Assembly (NCBI GenBank): GCA_965287045.1
Contig: OZ336876.1
Span: forward strand, 57,288,001-57,352,000
From: Carcharhinus amblyrhynchos
Lineage: Eukaryota
Direction of reading: 5' to 3'
DNA length: 64,000 nucleotides
Made by a program: the position numbers and the translations under genes. The notes beneath the pieces are model-generated. The model was not told the origin of the DNA, did no database searches, and was given only the letters and a program-made list of their open reading frames with translations. This document shows positions 25,455-38,689 of the stretch, one piece after another (positions within the stretch are counted from its first letter, which is position 1; each line of letters starts with the position of its first letter).

Positions 25455-25597
25455 AACTCCCCACTCACCTGACGAAGGAGCAGCGCTCCGAAAGCTAGTG
25501 GCATTTACTGCCAAATAAACCTGTTGTACTTTAACCTAGTGTTGTGAGACTTCTTACTGTGTTTACCCCAGTCCAACGCTTGCATCTCCACATCATG
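25455..25597 (+). mobile_element. Solo PLE pLTR / 3' terminus
   Basis: Ends tttaccccagtccaacgcttgcatctccacatca, the reverse complement of the termini at 19592, 23930 and 59932. Confidence 0.8.
25466..25500 (+). ncRNA. Minimal type I hammerhead ribozyme motif, core intact
   Basis: CAC-CTGACGA-A-GGAGC-AGC-GCTCC-GAAA-GCTA-GTG: CUGANGA and GAAA cores, 5-bp helix II, palindromic AGCU helix III, CUA cleavage triplet, CAC/GUG helix I. Confidence 0.8.
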
Positions 25598-25719
25598 TTC
25601 ATATAGGTGCCAGGGATGGAAAATTTCGACGTTTGAAGTAGCACAGGTGAGGTGATGAAAATATTTCTATACAGGGAGTGAGGGAGATATAGACAGAACT
25701 ACTTATAGTGTCAGGGGAA

Positions 25720-26445
25720 ACATAGAAACTAGAAGCAGGAATAGGCCATTTGGCCCTTTGAGCCTGCTTTGCCATTCATTTTGATCATGGCTAATCATCA
25801 AATTCAATACCCTGATCCCCCCTGCCCCGCTCCCCCGTCCCTTGCTCCATGTCCCTTTAGCCTCATGAGCTATATCCAATTTCTTCTTGAAATCAGACAA
25901 CATTTTGACCTCAACTACATTCTGTGGTGGTGAATGCCACATTTTCACCATCCTCTGGGTGAAGAAATTTCTCCTCACCTCAGTTCTGAAACGTTTACCC
26001 CTTATCCTCAAACTATGACCTCTAATTCTGAACTCCCTCACAATCGGGAGCTTTCTTTCTGAATCCACCCTGTCTAACCCTGTTCAAATTACATAAATTT
26101 CTACGAGATCCCCTTTCGTTCTTTTAAACTCCAGTAAATATAAACCTAACCAACTTAGTCTCTCCCCATATGACAGACCCGCCATCCCAGGAATCAGTGT
26201 GGTAAATCTTTGCTGTATTCCCTCTATAGCAAGGACATCTTTCCTCAGATAAGGATGCAAAACTGCACACAATACTCCAAGTGTGGCCTCAGCAATGCCC
26301 TCTCAAATTGCAGTAAAACATCCCTATCCCTATACTCAAATCCTATCAATACGAAGGCCAACATATCATTTACCTTCTTCACTGCCTGCTGTACCAGCAT
26401 GCTTACTTTCAGCGACTGATGCACAAGGACTCCAAGGTCTCGTTG
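25720..26445 (-). mobile_element. CR1 3' fragment
   Basis: LRPHLEYCVQF; RGHSLRIRG..RRNFFTQRMV. Confidence 0.9.
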
Positions 26446-26659
26446 AGAATGCCAGCAGAAAGTCGGCAGAGACCAGTAGGACAATTCTGTCCCCAATTTC
26501 TTATTAGTTTTGATTAAATTTGAATTCATAATTTGGCCAACAAAGAGCTGGAAATCTAAACTAGTAGACTGAAATTGGAGTCACAAAAATTGTAGCCAGG
26601 TATTCTAAAAAGCACCTATTCTCAGTTGACAAAATAATGGAAATAATCTTGGAGGAAAC

Positions 26660-28330
26660 AAGCATGAACATAGGAACAGGAGCAGGCTATTCAGCCAGTT
26701 GAGCCTCATCCTTCATCATTCAATTAATCCTAGCTGACCTACCTCAATGCCATTTACCTGCACTATCTCCATATCCTTTGATGTTATTATTCTCCAGATA
26801 TCTATCAATCTCTATCTTGAATCAATCTCTATCCAATGATAGAGCTTTCACATCCCTCTGGGGAAGAATTCCAAAGATTCACCCCATCTGAATGAAGAAA
26901 TTCCTCCTCATCTCAGTCTTAAATGGCTTGACCCTTATTTTGAGATTATGTCTCCTGGTTGTAGATTCAGCAGCCAGGGGAAACATCCTATTTATATACA
27001 TCCGTCATGTAAGAACTTTGTAAGTTTCAATGAGATCACCTCTCAATCTGTGAAACTCTAGGGAACAGAGGCCCAGTTTCCTCAATCCCTTCTCATAAGG
27101 CAATCCAGCCATCTCCAGAATTGGTGAACCTCCATTTCTCTACCGTTTTGGCAAGTATATCTTTCCATAGATAAGGAGACCAGAACTGTGCACAATACTC
27201 AAGATGCAGTGTCACTAATCGCAGCAAGACACTGCTACTTCTGCACTTAAATCTCCTTGTGATGAAGGCCAATATACCATTTGCCTTCCTTATTGAATGT
27301 TGTATCTGCATGCTAGCATTTAGTGACTAATGAATAAGGAAACCCAGGTCCCTTTGGGCACCAACACTTCCCAATCTCTCACCACTGAAGAAATCTTGGT
27401 GTTTTTTTCTTCCAAAGCAGATAACTTCACACTTATTCACAGTATTCCATTAACTATGTCCTTGCCCATTCAGTTAACCTATCCTGAGGGCTCTTCTTAC
27501 CCTCCTCACAATTTAACATTTCCACCTTGCGTTTTTCAATCAGAAATTATGGAAATGATACAATTCATTTGATTTGATTTATTGTCACATGTATTAGTGT
27601 ACAATGAAAAGCATTGTTTCTTACATGCTATACAAAACGTACTGTTCATAGAGAAGTAAAGGACAGAGTGCAGAATGTAGTGTTACAGTCATAGCTAGGG
27701 TGTAAAGATCAACTTAATGTGAGATAGGCCCATTCAAAAGTCTGATGGTGGCAGGGAAGAAGCTGTCTTGAGTTGGTCGGCATGTGACCTCAGACTTGCA
27801 TTTCTTTCCCCAATGGAAGAAGGTGGAAGAGAGAATGTCCAGAGTGCATGGGGTTCTTAACCATGTTGGCTGCTTTTCCAAGGCAGCAGGGAGTGTCGAA
27901 AGAGTCAATGAGTGGGAGGCTGGTTTGCATGAGGGACTGGGCTACATTCAGGACCTTTTGTAGTTTCTTGCAGTCTTGGGCAGTGCAGGAGCTATACCAA
28001 GCTGTGATACAACCAGAAAAATGCTTTTTATGGAGGCTATTTGGTCCCCAGATCCAAATCATTTATATAGACTGCAAACAGCAGTGGCCCCAGCAATGAT
28101 TCTTGTGGTACATGATTAGTAACAGCCTGCCATTCTGAGAATGATCCATTTATTCCTACTCCCTGTATGTTAACCAATTCTTAATCCAAACTAGTACATT
28201 ATCCTCCAATCCCACATGCTTTAATTTTGTTCACTAACATCCTGTGTGGGATATTATCAAAAGCCTTTTGAAAATCCACAAGTGTCAAATCCATTGGTTC
28301 TCCTTTATCTATCCTCAAAAAACTCCCTCA
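26660..28330 (-). mobile_element. Older CR1 fragment split by a Rex1-type LINE
   Basis: KANGILAFITR..HLEYCAQFWSPYL; CR1 sequence resumes at about 28035. Confidence 0.75.
27568..28032 (-). mobile_element. Rex1-type LINE 3' end
   Basis: GCITAWYSSCTAQDCKKLQKV..HSLFHLLP..DSFFPATIRLLNGP; (tttga)n tail. Confidence 0.85.
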
Positions 28331-29788
28331 GAATGAACCGGATAACTCTTTCCTCCTCCATGCTGAGTGAGGGGGGGGGGGATGGCAGGAAGGGCTTTTG
28401 AGTGAATGGAGAAGGGGAAGTTGGGGAGAGAGGATTCTGAATGAATGTGGGCAAAGCTGACTTGGGAAGAAGGCTGCTAATTGAGCAGGTGAAAAAGGTG
28501 TTGGGGAAAGCAGCTGCTAAGTAAATGGGAATTTGAGGAAAGGGGCTTATGAGTATGTCTGTTGGGGGAGGCAATTTCAGCAGAGGTACATATGTGCTTG
28601 TTTTTTGGGGAGCTGCGTGGAGTACTTGTGGTGCAACACTGAGCTTTGGCAGAGTGGCATACACAGTGTTAATGGGGTTGAGGTGGCAGGTTGTAAGTAT
28701 TTTATATGTGGAATGTTGTGAAAGACTTTTTGTTTGAGCAGCTCATTTGGTTCCCTGATCCCCTCAGCCCTCCCCACCTCTCATCTCAGTCCTCCATTCT
28801 CAATGTCCTTTCCCCCGTCATGGTGTCCAATCAGCACCTCTCCCCCAGGGTCCTCCTGCCTCATTAGCAAGCAAACCCCACCCTTCCTGCTGAAGAGTCT
28901 GTGTTTTTTTTCCAAATTGGTCACTCTGCAAATATCCCACCCACTGTAAAAGAAACACTGTGCAGTGGGGTGATTACAATAAATAATCCGTCTCCAATTT
29001 CAAGCTAATCAGTGTACTTTCTGTTTCACTGCCCTGCAAAAGTCTGTAAGGATCTCGAGAAGAGGGTCTTGCTACAGAGATTGTACACACAGATTAACCT
29101 TTAACCACGTCAGACTGGATAGTGCTTCTTGATGTTAATTTTGACAGCTTTACTAATCCTTATGTTACAATAATTTCCTAGCTGACAAGCAGGCCCACCA
29201 AGCAAATCCTCTGACGTCGCTGCAGCGAGAGAGTACTGTGAGCAGCTGGTAAGGTCTTGTGCCCTTTGTATTTTTAACTAAAGCCTCACTACACAGGAAA
29301 ACACTCATTCTGCAAATAAATAGTCAAACTTGCACAAAATGATCTATTGCAGATTACCCCCAAGTCTACTTAACACCACACAAAATATTTCTGTCCTTTC
29401 TTCATTTGAAATAAGTGCACCGAAACTCTTCCCAATTCAAAAAAGTAGATGAAATAATTAATTCAATTCTAGGAGCTAAAATATGAATAAAGTCCATTAG
29501 CAGACCAATGCCTAATTATTACAATACCTAATTATCCCTTCCCTGACAGAAGTGACACAGACAAGCACAAACACTTTGTGCTATCTGTTTATCTCCATGA
29601 CCACGACATGCAGCTCAGCATTCAACTTGCTGCTGTGTAGCTGCATGCTCAAGAGGGGAACTGGGTTAGTGCAAGGAAAGCATCAATGAAAGCCCGTCTG
29701 CATTTCTTAAACCTCTTAAACAGGAGGAGCATTCTCACTGTGTTAAGCGCTGAAATTGGCTGAGCAGACATTCAAAGAACTCAGAGCA

Positions 29789-30008
29789 ATGGAGCAGATT
29801 GCAAGAGAAAGAATTCTCAGGTTTTCAGATGCAGCGTTGGAAGCCTTGATGACGAAGGTGGAAAGGAGAAGAAAGCTGAACTTTCCATAGACCCGGCTGA
29901 TGAGCACTTAGAGGGGAATGGGAGTAAAGAACCACAGAGGTCAATGACAGTCGTCTGGCCCCAAGAATCTGGATACAGTGCCAGCAGAAGTACAGTGACC
30001 TCACACTG
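29789..30008 (+). pseudogene. Harbinger Myb/SANT-like gene fragment
   Basis: MEQIARERILRFSDAALEALMTKVERRR..(frameshifts)..EVNDSRLAPRIWIQCQQKYSDLT. Confidence 0.7.
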
Positions 30009-30373
30009 TTAATACATTCTGAGGCCAGATGCTGAAGTAGGAGGCTAGACAGCAATCTTTTTACTTAGTACTCGATTCATTTACAGAATGCAACATTATA
30101 TATGTCTGCCTCTTACCTAACCAACACCCAGTGTGCCCTAAGTCTTTCTTTATACTCTTTTTGTGTACATTAATGGAACAAATTAACTAACTGATAGCCC
30201 CTTCAGGTGATTAACTAATCCCCGTTTAAAAGCCTTCTTTGAATCTGCCTTCACCAGCCTTTCAGGCAGTGCTCTCTCATATACAACCTCTCTCTGGTAA
30301 AGAGGTTTTTCTTCACGTTGCCTTTGGCCTCAAAACTGCGTCCTCTAGTTCTCCACCCTTCCACTGTAGAATC

Positions 30374-30805
30374 TGCACATCCAGATTACATCTCTTCTCA
30401 GTGGCCTGTTCTGTAATAAACACTGGTTTAATTTTAAGAATTCCTGTCCATTACTGGCATTTGGAAGTCAGAGTTCACTTTATGATCTTTTCCTGGTATT
30501 CTGAATTATAAATAATGTTAACATTTCAAGTGTGGACTTACCAATAGGTTACACGATTCACATTTTGGCACAACCTAATTCCTTTAAAATTGTACCCCAA
30601 TTCTTCATTATCTTTATCAATAATGACCTGAATCTAACTGTAAACTAAAACTCTGCTAACAGATCCTCATCCACATACACATTCCAAATTTGTTGCACAC
30701 CAATATTCTTCACATTCTACTTATCCACATTAAATTCCCTTCATCTCTTTGCTCATTTTAAAATTTTTTTTAGATCCATTTTGAATGCTATCAATTTTCT
30801 CTGCA
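30374..30805 (+). repeat. Copy 1 of an approximately 430-bp local direct duplication, inside a CR1 3' remnant
   Basis: Near-identical to 32118-32543. Confidence 0.95.
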
Positions 30806-32117
30806 CTTCTCTCTACTTTGTCAAAACTCATGTTTTTGAACACCTCCATCAAATCTCCTCTCCACCTTCTTTTCACCAAAGGAAACAACCACAATTTCTT
30901 CTATTCACAAAACTAATGTCCTTATCCTTGGAACAAATCTGGTAAACATTTCTGCACCCTCCCTAAAACTGTCATATCAATCTTGTGCTTTCCTTCCTAT
31001 ATATGGAAATATTAGCTTGGCTTATCTTTGGTAACTCAGAAGTAAATTCTTATTTGTAACTCCATGACAAGGACTCTACAACCACCAGCAAGGATAGATT
31101 AAAAAAAAGTCAAATAAATAGTCTGACAATTGAAAACTGGGAACACGTTCTCAAATATTAGTTTTATTTTTTTAAAAGATTTAATGGCCCTCTTCTTACA
31201 CAGATTATTTTCAACAAAATCATAAATTACTTAATTATAAATTCATTCTGTATCCCATCTGAAACATTTCCCTGGGCTGGAACTCTTAAAACGAGTTAAG
31301 CAAACAGTTAGGTAGTCTTGCGTTTCTGGATACTGTCTTTTAATTTCAATAGCTATACATCCAAATTCCTAATCACAACCATAGTTTTACTTAATGAAAT
31401 GTATCCCTTCCCAATCCACACAAGCACATCTGTTGCTTATAATATAAATTATGCGTAAATTTTACCAAAAAGCTTGTATTTTCTCAGTTGCCGTATACTT
31501 GAGGATTTTGGAACAAGTGCACTGTGCATTTTTCAGCAGTAACATCTGCTGGTGAAATTTAGAACAGCACATCAAACAAAAAATTAAATACATTTTTAAA
31601 CATACTTTATTAAGTTACTTCAGGGTTCATCAAGGTGGTAATGAAGTGGATCTTACACTTAGAATTTCAAAGCTGTTACATGGTTAAGAGTACACATGGA
31701 ACAGAACCTATACCATTTGAGCCCAATGGACACTCCCAAATTTAATTATTCTGCTGAAGCAAATAAATCACCCATCATGCAAGGTACTCTCTAAATTAAT
31801 ATACCATTGACACTTTTCAAACTGATTTAAGACACAGTTCATTCGAAGGACTGTCAGTTCAAATTCACAACAGGATTGTAACCACTGGATTGCATTCAGT
31901 AATTAAATATCTGGGTGTCTGTACTCACCCTCACTGATCTCACTCTTAGCTATTTATCTGGCATCTTTCCAAAGCCAAAAAGGTTCATGCAGCATTGATT
32001 AGCAAGTGAAAGTATACTGCAAAAACCTGTTCACTGGTTGCAATTGAGTATTTGACCTCTACTTGAGATCGTAAAAACTAACAGCTTTTAACCAAATTAT
32101 TTTTTTCCTTGCTGCAT

Positions 32118-32543
32118 TGCACATCCAGATTACATCTCTTCTCAGTGGCCTATTCTGTAATAAACACTGGTTTAATTTTAAGAATTCCTGTCCATTACTG
32201 GCATTTGGATGTCAGAGTTCACTTTATGAACTTTTCCTGGTATTCTGAATTATAAATAATGTTAATATTGGACTTACCAATATGTTACATGATTCACATT
32301 TTGGCACAACCTAATTCCTTTAAAATTGTACCCCAATTCTTCATTATCTTTATCAATAATGACCTGAATCTAACTGTAAACTAAAAACTCTGCTAACAGA
32401 TCCTCACCCACATATTCATTCCAAATTTGTTGCACACCAATATTCTTCACATTCTACTTATCCACATTAAATTCCCTGTCATCTCTTAGCTCATTTTTAA
32501 ATTTTTTTTAGATCCATTTTGAATGCTATCAATTTTCTCTGCA
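32118..32543 (+). repeat. Copy 2 (probable donor) of the approximately 430-bp duplication
   Basis: tgcacatccagattacatctc...caattttctctgca shared with 30374-30805. Confidence 0.95.
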
Positions 32544-33999
32544 GTTTGATCCACAATTCTTGATGTTCTTTGACAACATAAAACCATCATCTTCTTCCAT
32601 TCGGGCTCAGAACAAATTGGTGTGGAACTCTCTTATCTGTTGCCTCCAAACCATGTTCCATGTATTGTGACTTTCTACATGTTTTGCATTACATATGAAT
32701 CCTTAAGGACTGAAAATTTACTGATGTTGGTTTCAAATCATCTTAACATGAAAGTGCAACAAAGTAGCCACCAAACTAGACAAAATGAGTTGTCATGCCC
32801 AACTACAGGCCTTCCACAGACAATTAGCTCCTTATCTCGCTGACGTGTGATGTAACGTTCCACATATTTTGGACTGACCATTTTGGTGGCAGAAGGAAAT
32901 GAGAAAGAACTCAGCTTGGCATCAGTGGCCAGCCTGAGAAGTTTTACTTTCTGTGATCCACTGCCAAGACAAACTGACAATAAACAATCAAGCTGCAAAA
33001 GTACTGGTGGGATGGAAAACAAACATGAAGGAATAGCAAGGGGATGACTAAGGGCAGAGAAAGCAAACAAATACGATGGGGACAAGAAACAGGCATATCA
33101 CAGTTTCAGGAAAATTCATGACCAGGATTACGAATTTACACAAATAAATAAAGACTGAAGATGTACTTCAGTATAAAGCCCTATCATAAATGATCTATGA
33201 TTTCATGGGTGCGCCAAAAAAAAAACGAACTGGCGGCACTTGACAGCAAATCACACACAAAGTCAAAGACAGAAATTATGAACACTGGTGACATCCCAAT
33301 AGTAAGCAGTCACAGCAAGCATTCAGTCACTAAATTAAATAAGGTCACTTGGAACAATACAGCATCTACAAAGATTTCATAATGCTGCAGACATCATGCA
33401 GTGAATGCCAGGGTGTGGTACATGTTCTTTAAATAATACAATTTTAGATGACTTGAGAGGAAAGGAAATAGCGACTGTTGCTTCATTCCACTGCGATGAT
33501 GCTGAGAGTCTGAATTGTGAAGATGGATGGACCTTTTTACAACCAGTTTACTGATTCTCAGCAGGACAAGCGTGTGAGACAAAGGAGCAAAACACATAGG
33601 GGGTTGGAGGGTTTTTTTTTACAAAGAGAGATGTGAGGGACAGTGAACAGTGCTGACAGACAAATAAGCAACAGTGGGAGCCTGAGGAGGGGGGTTGGCG
33701 GTATGGGGAAGGGTAGCTGGTGGCGCGGGGGACAGGGGGGGGTTGGCATGGAGGGATCAGCGTGTGGGAGAGGGTGTCAGCACAGGGCATGAGGGGGTCA
33801 TGCATGGGGGAAGGGGGGGTTGGCGCTGGGGAGGGGGTCGGCGCGGGGGAGAGGGGGTCAGTTTGGGGACAGGCGGTCGGCATGGGGGAAGATGGCGCAA
33901 TGGAGGCATCAAGAGAGGGTGTCACAAGTGTTAGGGTATGAGAGTGAGACAAGGGAGGAAATTATGAGAAAGACTGCTCGGATGAGTGAGGAGGCCTAG

Positions 34000-34167
<168 letters not shown>

Positions 34168-36087
34168 TGATGGTGAGGGAGGTGGTCGCCTGTGGGAGAG
34201 GTGCCTCCCAAAGAAGGGAAGCATCAGTTGGATCAGATAAAACTAAAATATAATTTGATAACCTCAGTAAAGCAAACACTTGAAGGGGAATAAAAGGAAA
34301 ACTTTTATTTGCTAGTTGAAAACCACAAGACAAATGCATGAGTTAGTTAAGGCATTACTTGGGTCACATTTGATTTCTCCCAGGTTAGAATAATGAGTCT
34401 TTACAGGCACATTCACATCTTCAATAATAACTGTCTTAAGCCACAAAGTCAAAGGTTATAATGTCAGCTAGTCACCATGCTTTACTCCTCCTCCTAACAC
34501 TCTCGAGTACATTGACAGATATTAAAAGCATTTTCTTTCAAATCAGTCACCTTAGGACAACAAAAAATACTTAATGCTGCAAGATGTTGAGTGTAGTTAT
34601 AAAAGTCTTATTAAGATATTCATGGTCTTAAGTAGTTCAACAGCAAGTACTTATTAACTACTCGATGCTATAAACATAGAGTAATGATCTAAGCTGGGAG
34701 CTGTCTCCAAGCTTGGACTCAGCTCTGTGTAACATCATACTAGCCCATAGGTGCAGGTCATGTGTTCTTTTACATCACTGTGTGGTTGGTACTGTACTCA
34801 GTAACCCCTTATGTGCCAAACCCTTACACTACACTCAAGGCAATGGAGGCAACATTTCAAAATATCAGTGATCTGCTCTATCATATTTCATGGGACAGCA
34901 TGGCTTTTATTGTATGCACGTTGTCCAGGCATGCACGTGTTGCACATTAGAGTGATTGGCATGGTGTCAGTGTAAAGTCCTCATTACCCAGTGGTCACAC
35001 TCCACGTTGTCGTGGTTGCTCAAATGCAGGTGACACAGTGGACTGCCAGAGAATAAAGGCATCATGTCTACTTCCATGATACCAGCCATTGGCCTGCATG
35101 ACCCGCTGCCTAAGGTTGCATACCAGCTGCACACTGCGTGGAAGAGCTCAGAATTGGCATGTGACACTCAGAAACTGACACAATTAAAGTCAATGGCTTC
35201 ATGGGGATGCCTGCAAGCCTCACAAAGCTTCCTTTTCATTCCACCTGCTGCTCTCAAACAAGACAGCATGAAATATTACCAACTCGCTTTGAATAAAACG
35301 CTTCAGCAGCATCTCTCAAGCAATGGCGGATGGCAAACTGCAGCGTGTTAAAATAGCTTCGGACTACAGCAAGCCTAATGCAAAGACATCCGTGCACAGT
35401 AGTATTCATAGTCACTGGGATTTCAATCCTTACACATGCTCTGAGGTTGTGATTGTGGCTGCAGCTGGTAACAGATTTCACTCAAATTCCTTTATCAAGT
35501 GTAGGTGACAAACTGTTCCTCAGTGACACTGAATGAGGACCGTTGCTCCATGAACACCCTGAGCAGACATGGTCTCCTGCTTAATCCTTTGCCCCATACA
35601 GGTATGGTAAACAGTGGCTCCATTACTGAACTAATAGTCTGTCAGCCTGACTTCAAATTCCACCATGACTTTGGGGTATTTAAATTTAATTATTAGTTTA
35701 TTTGATTTTACTCAGAAGGATATAAAGAGACATTAATTGTCACTGGTGGTGAAGTGTGGAGTTAGAGTTATACATCAAAAAGTGTCATTTTGTGAATAAA
35801 TCAAAAACTGAGTAAAGCTAAACTTCTGATCTCCTTCTTCACCCACTGGCTATAGGAAGTTCAACAAAGGTCATTTATCATCCTCAAAGAACTATATTAC
35901 ACATCAGAATTGTGTGCAAATAAAATAGAAATTATTAAAATATAATCAACTCAAACAAAAATAATATTGCAAGTCCTTGAAGATAATCACAATTTTTTGC
36001 CAAGTATTTAAATTAATAAGACGGTGAGAATCCAGCTTGAGGCATTATCTAATGGCATCTATAGATAAAGCACTTCAGAAAGATGTT

Positions 36088-36290
36088 GGGAGAGATTTTC
36101 CAGCTGTGTGTTTCCGGATGGTGGAAAGCAGCACATCGTTCACTAGTGGTGGGATTCTCTGGTCCCACTGATGTCAATGAGATTTACCACTGATGTCATC
36201 CCACACCGTCACAAAACCTGCAGACAGGGATGCGCTGCTGGCAGGACTGGAGAATCCCACTGGCGTGAATAGCCAGAGAATTCTGGTCCT
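36088..36290. mobile_element. Small MITE with internal inverted repeats (probably Harbinger-type)
   Basis: ttcactagtggtgggattctctggtccc versus ggactggagaatcccactggcgtgaa; degenerate terminal inverted repeats. Confidence 0.55.
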
Positions 36291-36618
36291 TATCAGCTTA
36301 CCAACTCAGGCGATGTAGCTCAGCTGTAAAACTAGAGAATTTTGACTCAAAAACAAAACACATTTCACTAAATTTCTTAACAAATGGCTTCATATAAATG
36401 CAAAGACTTGCATTTATATAATAAAATTCAGCTCCCTGGAATGTTCCAATGCTGATAAATTATTTTATCAAGGGTAGCCACTGGTGTTATGGATGTTTTA
36501 TGGATGGCTGCAACAATGTGGCTCAAACAACAATGAGATAAAATTGTCATTAGAACATTGATTGAAGGATAAATGTTGGAAGACCATCCCTGTCTCATTT
36601 CAATAAAAAGAAATCCTC

Positions 36619-36695
36619 CAAACAGGTTTATTTGTAGCAAAAGCTGCAAGCTTTCAGGACAGGCTGTCCCTTCGTCAGGTGGCTGGGAGTTCTTT
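36619..36695 (-). ncRNA. PLE pLTR fragment with hammerhead motif (core intact, helix I mutated)
   Basis: Reverse complement of 36644-36683: GCCAC-CTGACGA-AGGGACAGCCTGTCCT-GAAA-GCTT-GCAGC. Same subfamily as the copy at 19667-19720. Confidence 0.7.
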
Positions 36696-36791
36696 CAATA
36701 GAGCCAGAGAATTATTTTTATTTTACATCTACCATGCTGTTATTTAACACCTTATCTGAAAAATGGTATCTCTGGTGTTCCAGCACTCCTT

Positions 36792-37705
36792 TTGATTTGA
36801 TTTGTTGTCACATGTATTAGTATACAGTGAAAAGTATTCTTTATTGTGCGTTATACAGACAAAACATACCGTTCATAGAGAAGGAAACGAGAGTGCAGAA
36901 TGTTAGTCATAGTCATGAGGGTTACAGTCATAACTAGGATGTAGAGAAAGATCAACTTAATGCGAGATAGGTCCATTCAAAAGTCTGATGGCAGCGCGGA
37001 AGAAGCTGTTCTTGAGTCAGTTGAGACTTTTTCTCGACAGAGGAAGGTGACAAAGAGTATGCATGGGGTGCGTGGGGTCCTTGGTTATGCTGGCTGCTTT
37101 TCTGAGGTAGCGGGATGTATAGACAGTGTCAATGGGTGTGAGGCTTGTTTGAGTGATGGACTAGCTTAGTTCACGACCTTTTGTAGTATCTTGCAGTCTT
37201 GGGTAGATCAGGAGCCATACCAAGCAGTGATACAACCAAAAAGAATGCTTTCTATGGTACATTGGTAAAAGTTAGTGGGCTTTCTTAACTATAGCGTCGG
37301 CATGGAGGGGCTAGAACAGATTGTTGGTGATCTGGACACCTAAAACATTGAAGCTCTCGTTCATTTCTACTTTGTCCCTATTGATGCGGACAGGGGCAGG
37401 TCCTCCACTACACATCCTGAAGTCGATAACTATCTCCTTTGTTTTGTTGACGTTGAGGGAGAGATTACTGTCATTGCACCAGTTTACCAGATTCTCTATC
37501 TCTTTTCTGTACTCTGTCTCGTCATTGTTTGAGATCCGACGCTCTACGATGGTGTCATCAACAAACTTGAAAATTGAGTTGGAGAGGAATTTGGCCACAC
37601 AGTCATAAGTAGTAAGGGGCTGAGGACACAGTCTTATGTTGAGGATGATCATAGAGGTGGTGTTGTTGCCTATCCTTACTGACTGTGGTCTGTGGATTAG
37701 GAAAT
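36792..37705 (-). mobile_element. Rex1-type LINE 3' fragment with RT
   Basis: TYDCVAKF..IFKFVDDT..DETEYRKEIENLVNWC..LSLNVNKTKEIVIDFR. Confidence 0.9.
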
Positions 37706-38504
37706 TGACAATTCCCTTATAATTACATTCAAGTGCTAACCTACATTGTCCGCTTGAGACCTAGTGTGGAGGTCGAATTCACAGCTTTCTGAAAGTGTTA
37801 CAAAATGAGCCAAGCTGACCAAAAATTCAGACCATATATTTTAGACAAGGAGAGAAGCTATGGTGCACATCTGAGCCTAGTAAATGGAACCACAGCCGCA
37901 TTTCTGCTGAAAACAGTAACATATTTTATTCTGCATAACTATAGATTGCTACACAGTAAAAATAACATTTTTTATCCCACATACATTGAAGTCTCAAGGT
38001 TAAAATTATCCTTTAATATTTTGTTTCCATGCTTTAATAAATGTTTTTTGCGTTCTTAAGGAATGCTCTACATTTTATATCCTGATCTGATATCACTCCT
38101 GAATGCTTGAGTTATATATATAATACACAGCAGTGGTCCCAGAACAGGTCCTTGTGGGACACTACACCAATCTGAGAAATTTTGCGTAATTCATACGCTT
38201 TTTTCTCGGTTTAGTAGCCATTCTTCAATTCTTACTGCTACTAACAGCCCTTGGCTCCATACTCCTTGACCTCTGTTATGTGTCTTTTCTGTGACACCTT
38301 ATCAAAGGCCTTGTGAAATTCCTGCATATTGCATTCACTGCACTGACCTCACTTATTTCTTGCGTTGTTTTTCTATAAAATTCACTAAGTGGAGGAAACA
38401 TGACTCCAACGCAAAGTTGAATGCACCAAAAGGGCTTGCTTCATTGCATCTTTCAAATGAACGGTAAACCAAGTCTCAATGCTGGGTTCTTTAGTAAGCC
38501 TTAC

Positions 38505-38589
38505 CATGTTAATCAATTGCGAATGCACAATATCTTCAACCAACACAGCAGTTTCTGGGAGAGTTCGGCGCGCATCCCCGAAAGCATAC
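38505..38589 (-). CDS. SUPT3H: Internal coding exon of SUPT3H (SPT3 homolog, SAGA/STAGA subunit), equivalent to human exon 3
   Basis: Minus strand reads ttgtgttccag|G TAT GCT TTC GGG GAT ... AAC ATG|gtaagg, 85 nt. Translation (M)[28 protein letters not shown] matches recalled human SUPT3[30 protein letters not shown]. No neighbouring exon was found in the window. Confidence 0.95.
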
Positions 38590-38689
38590 CTGGAACACAA
38601 AGGACAGATTTAAAATTCCATGAATTGTTAGAAATAATTGAATACAGAACATGAGCAGCAGATACCGGAGAAAACCACCTGGACCTTTC

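Noticed and set aside
31534-31555. CTCF-like site (reverse complement CACCAGCAGATGTTAC)
   Set aside because: It mismatches the GGC part of the core and cannot be supported without a PWM or ChIP data.
38385-38600. 71-aa ORF as a complete gene
   Set aside because: Only 38505-38589 matches SUPT3H and is bounded by AG/GT. The rest is intron read-through.
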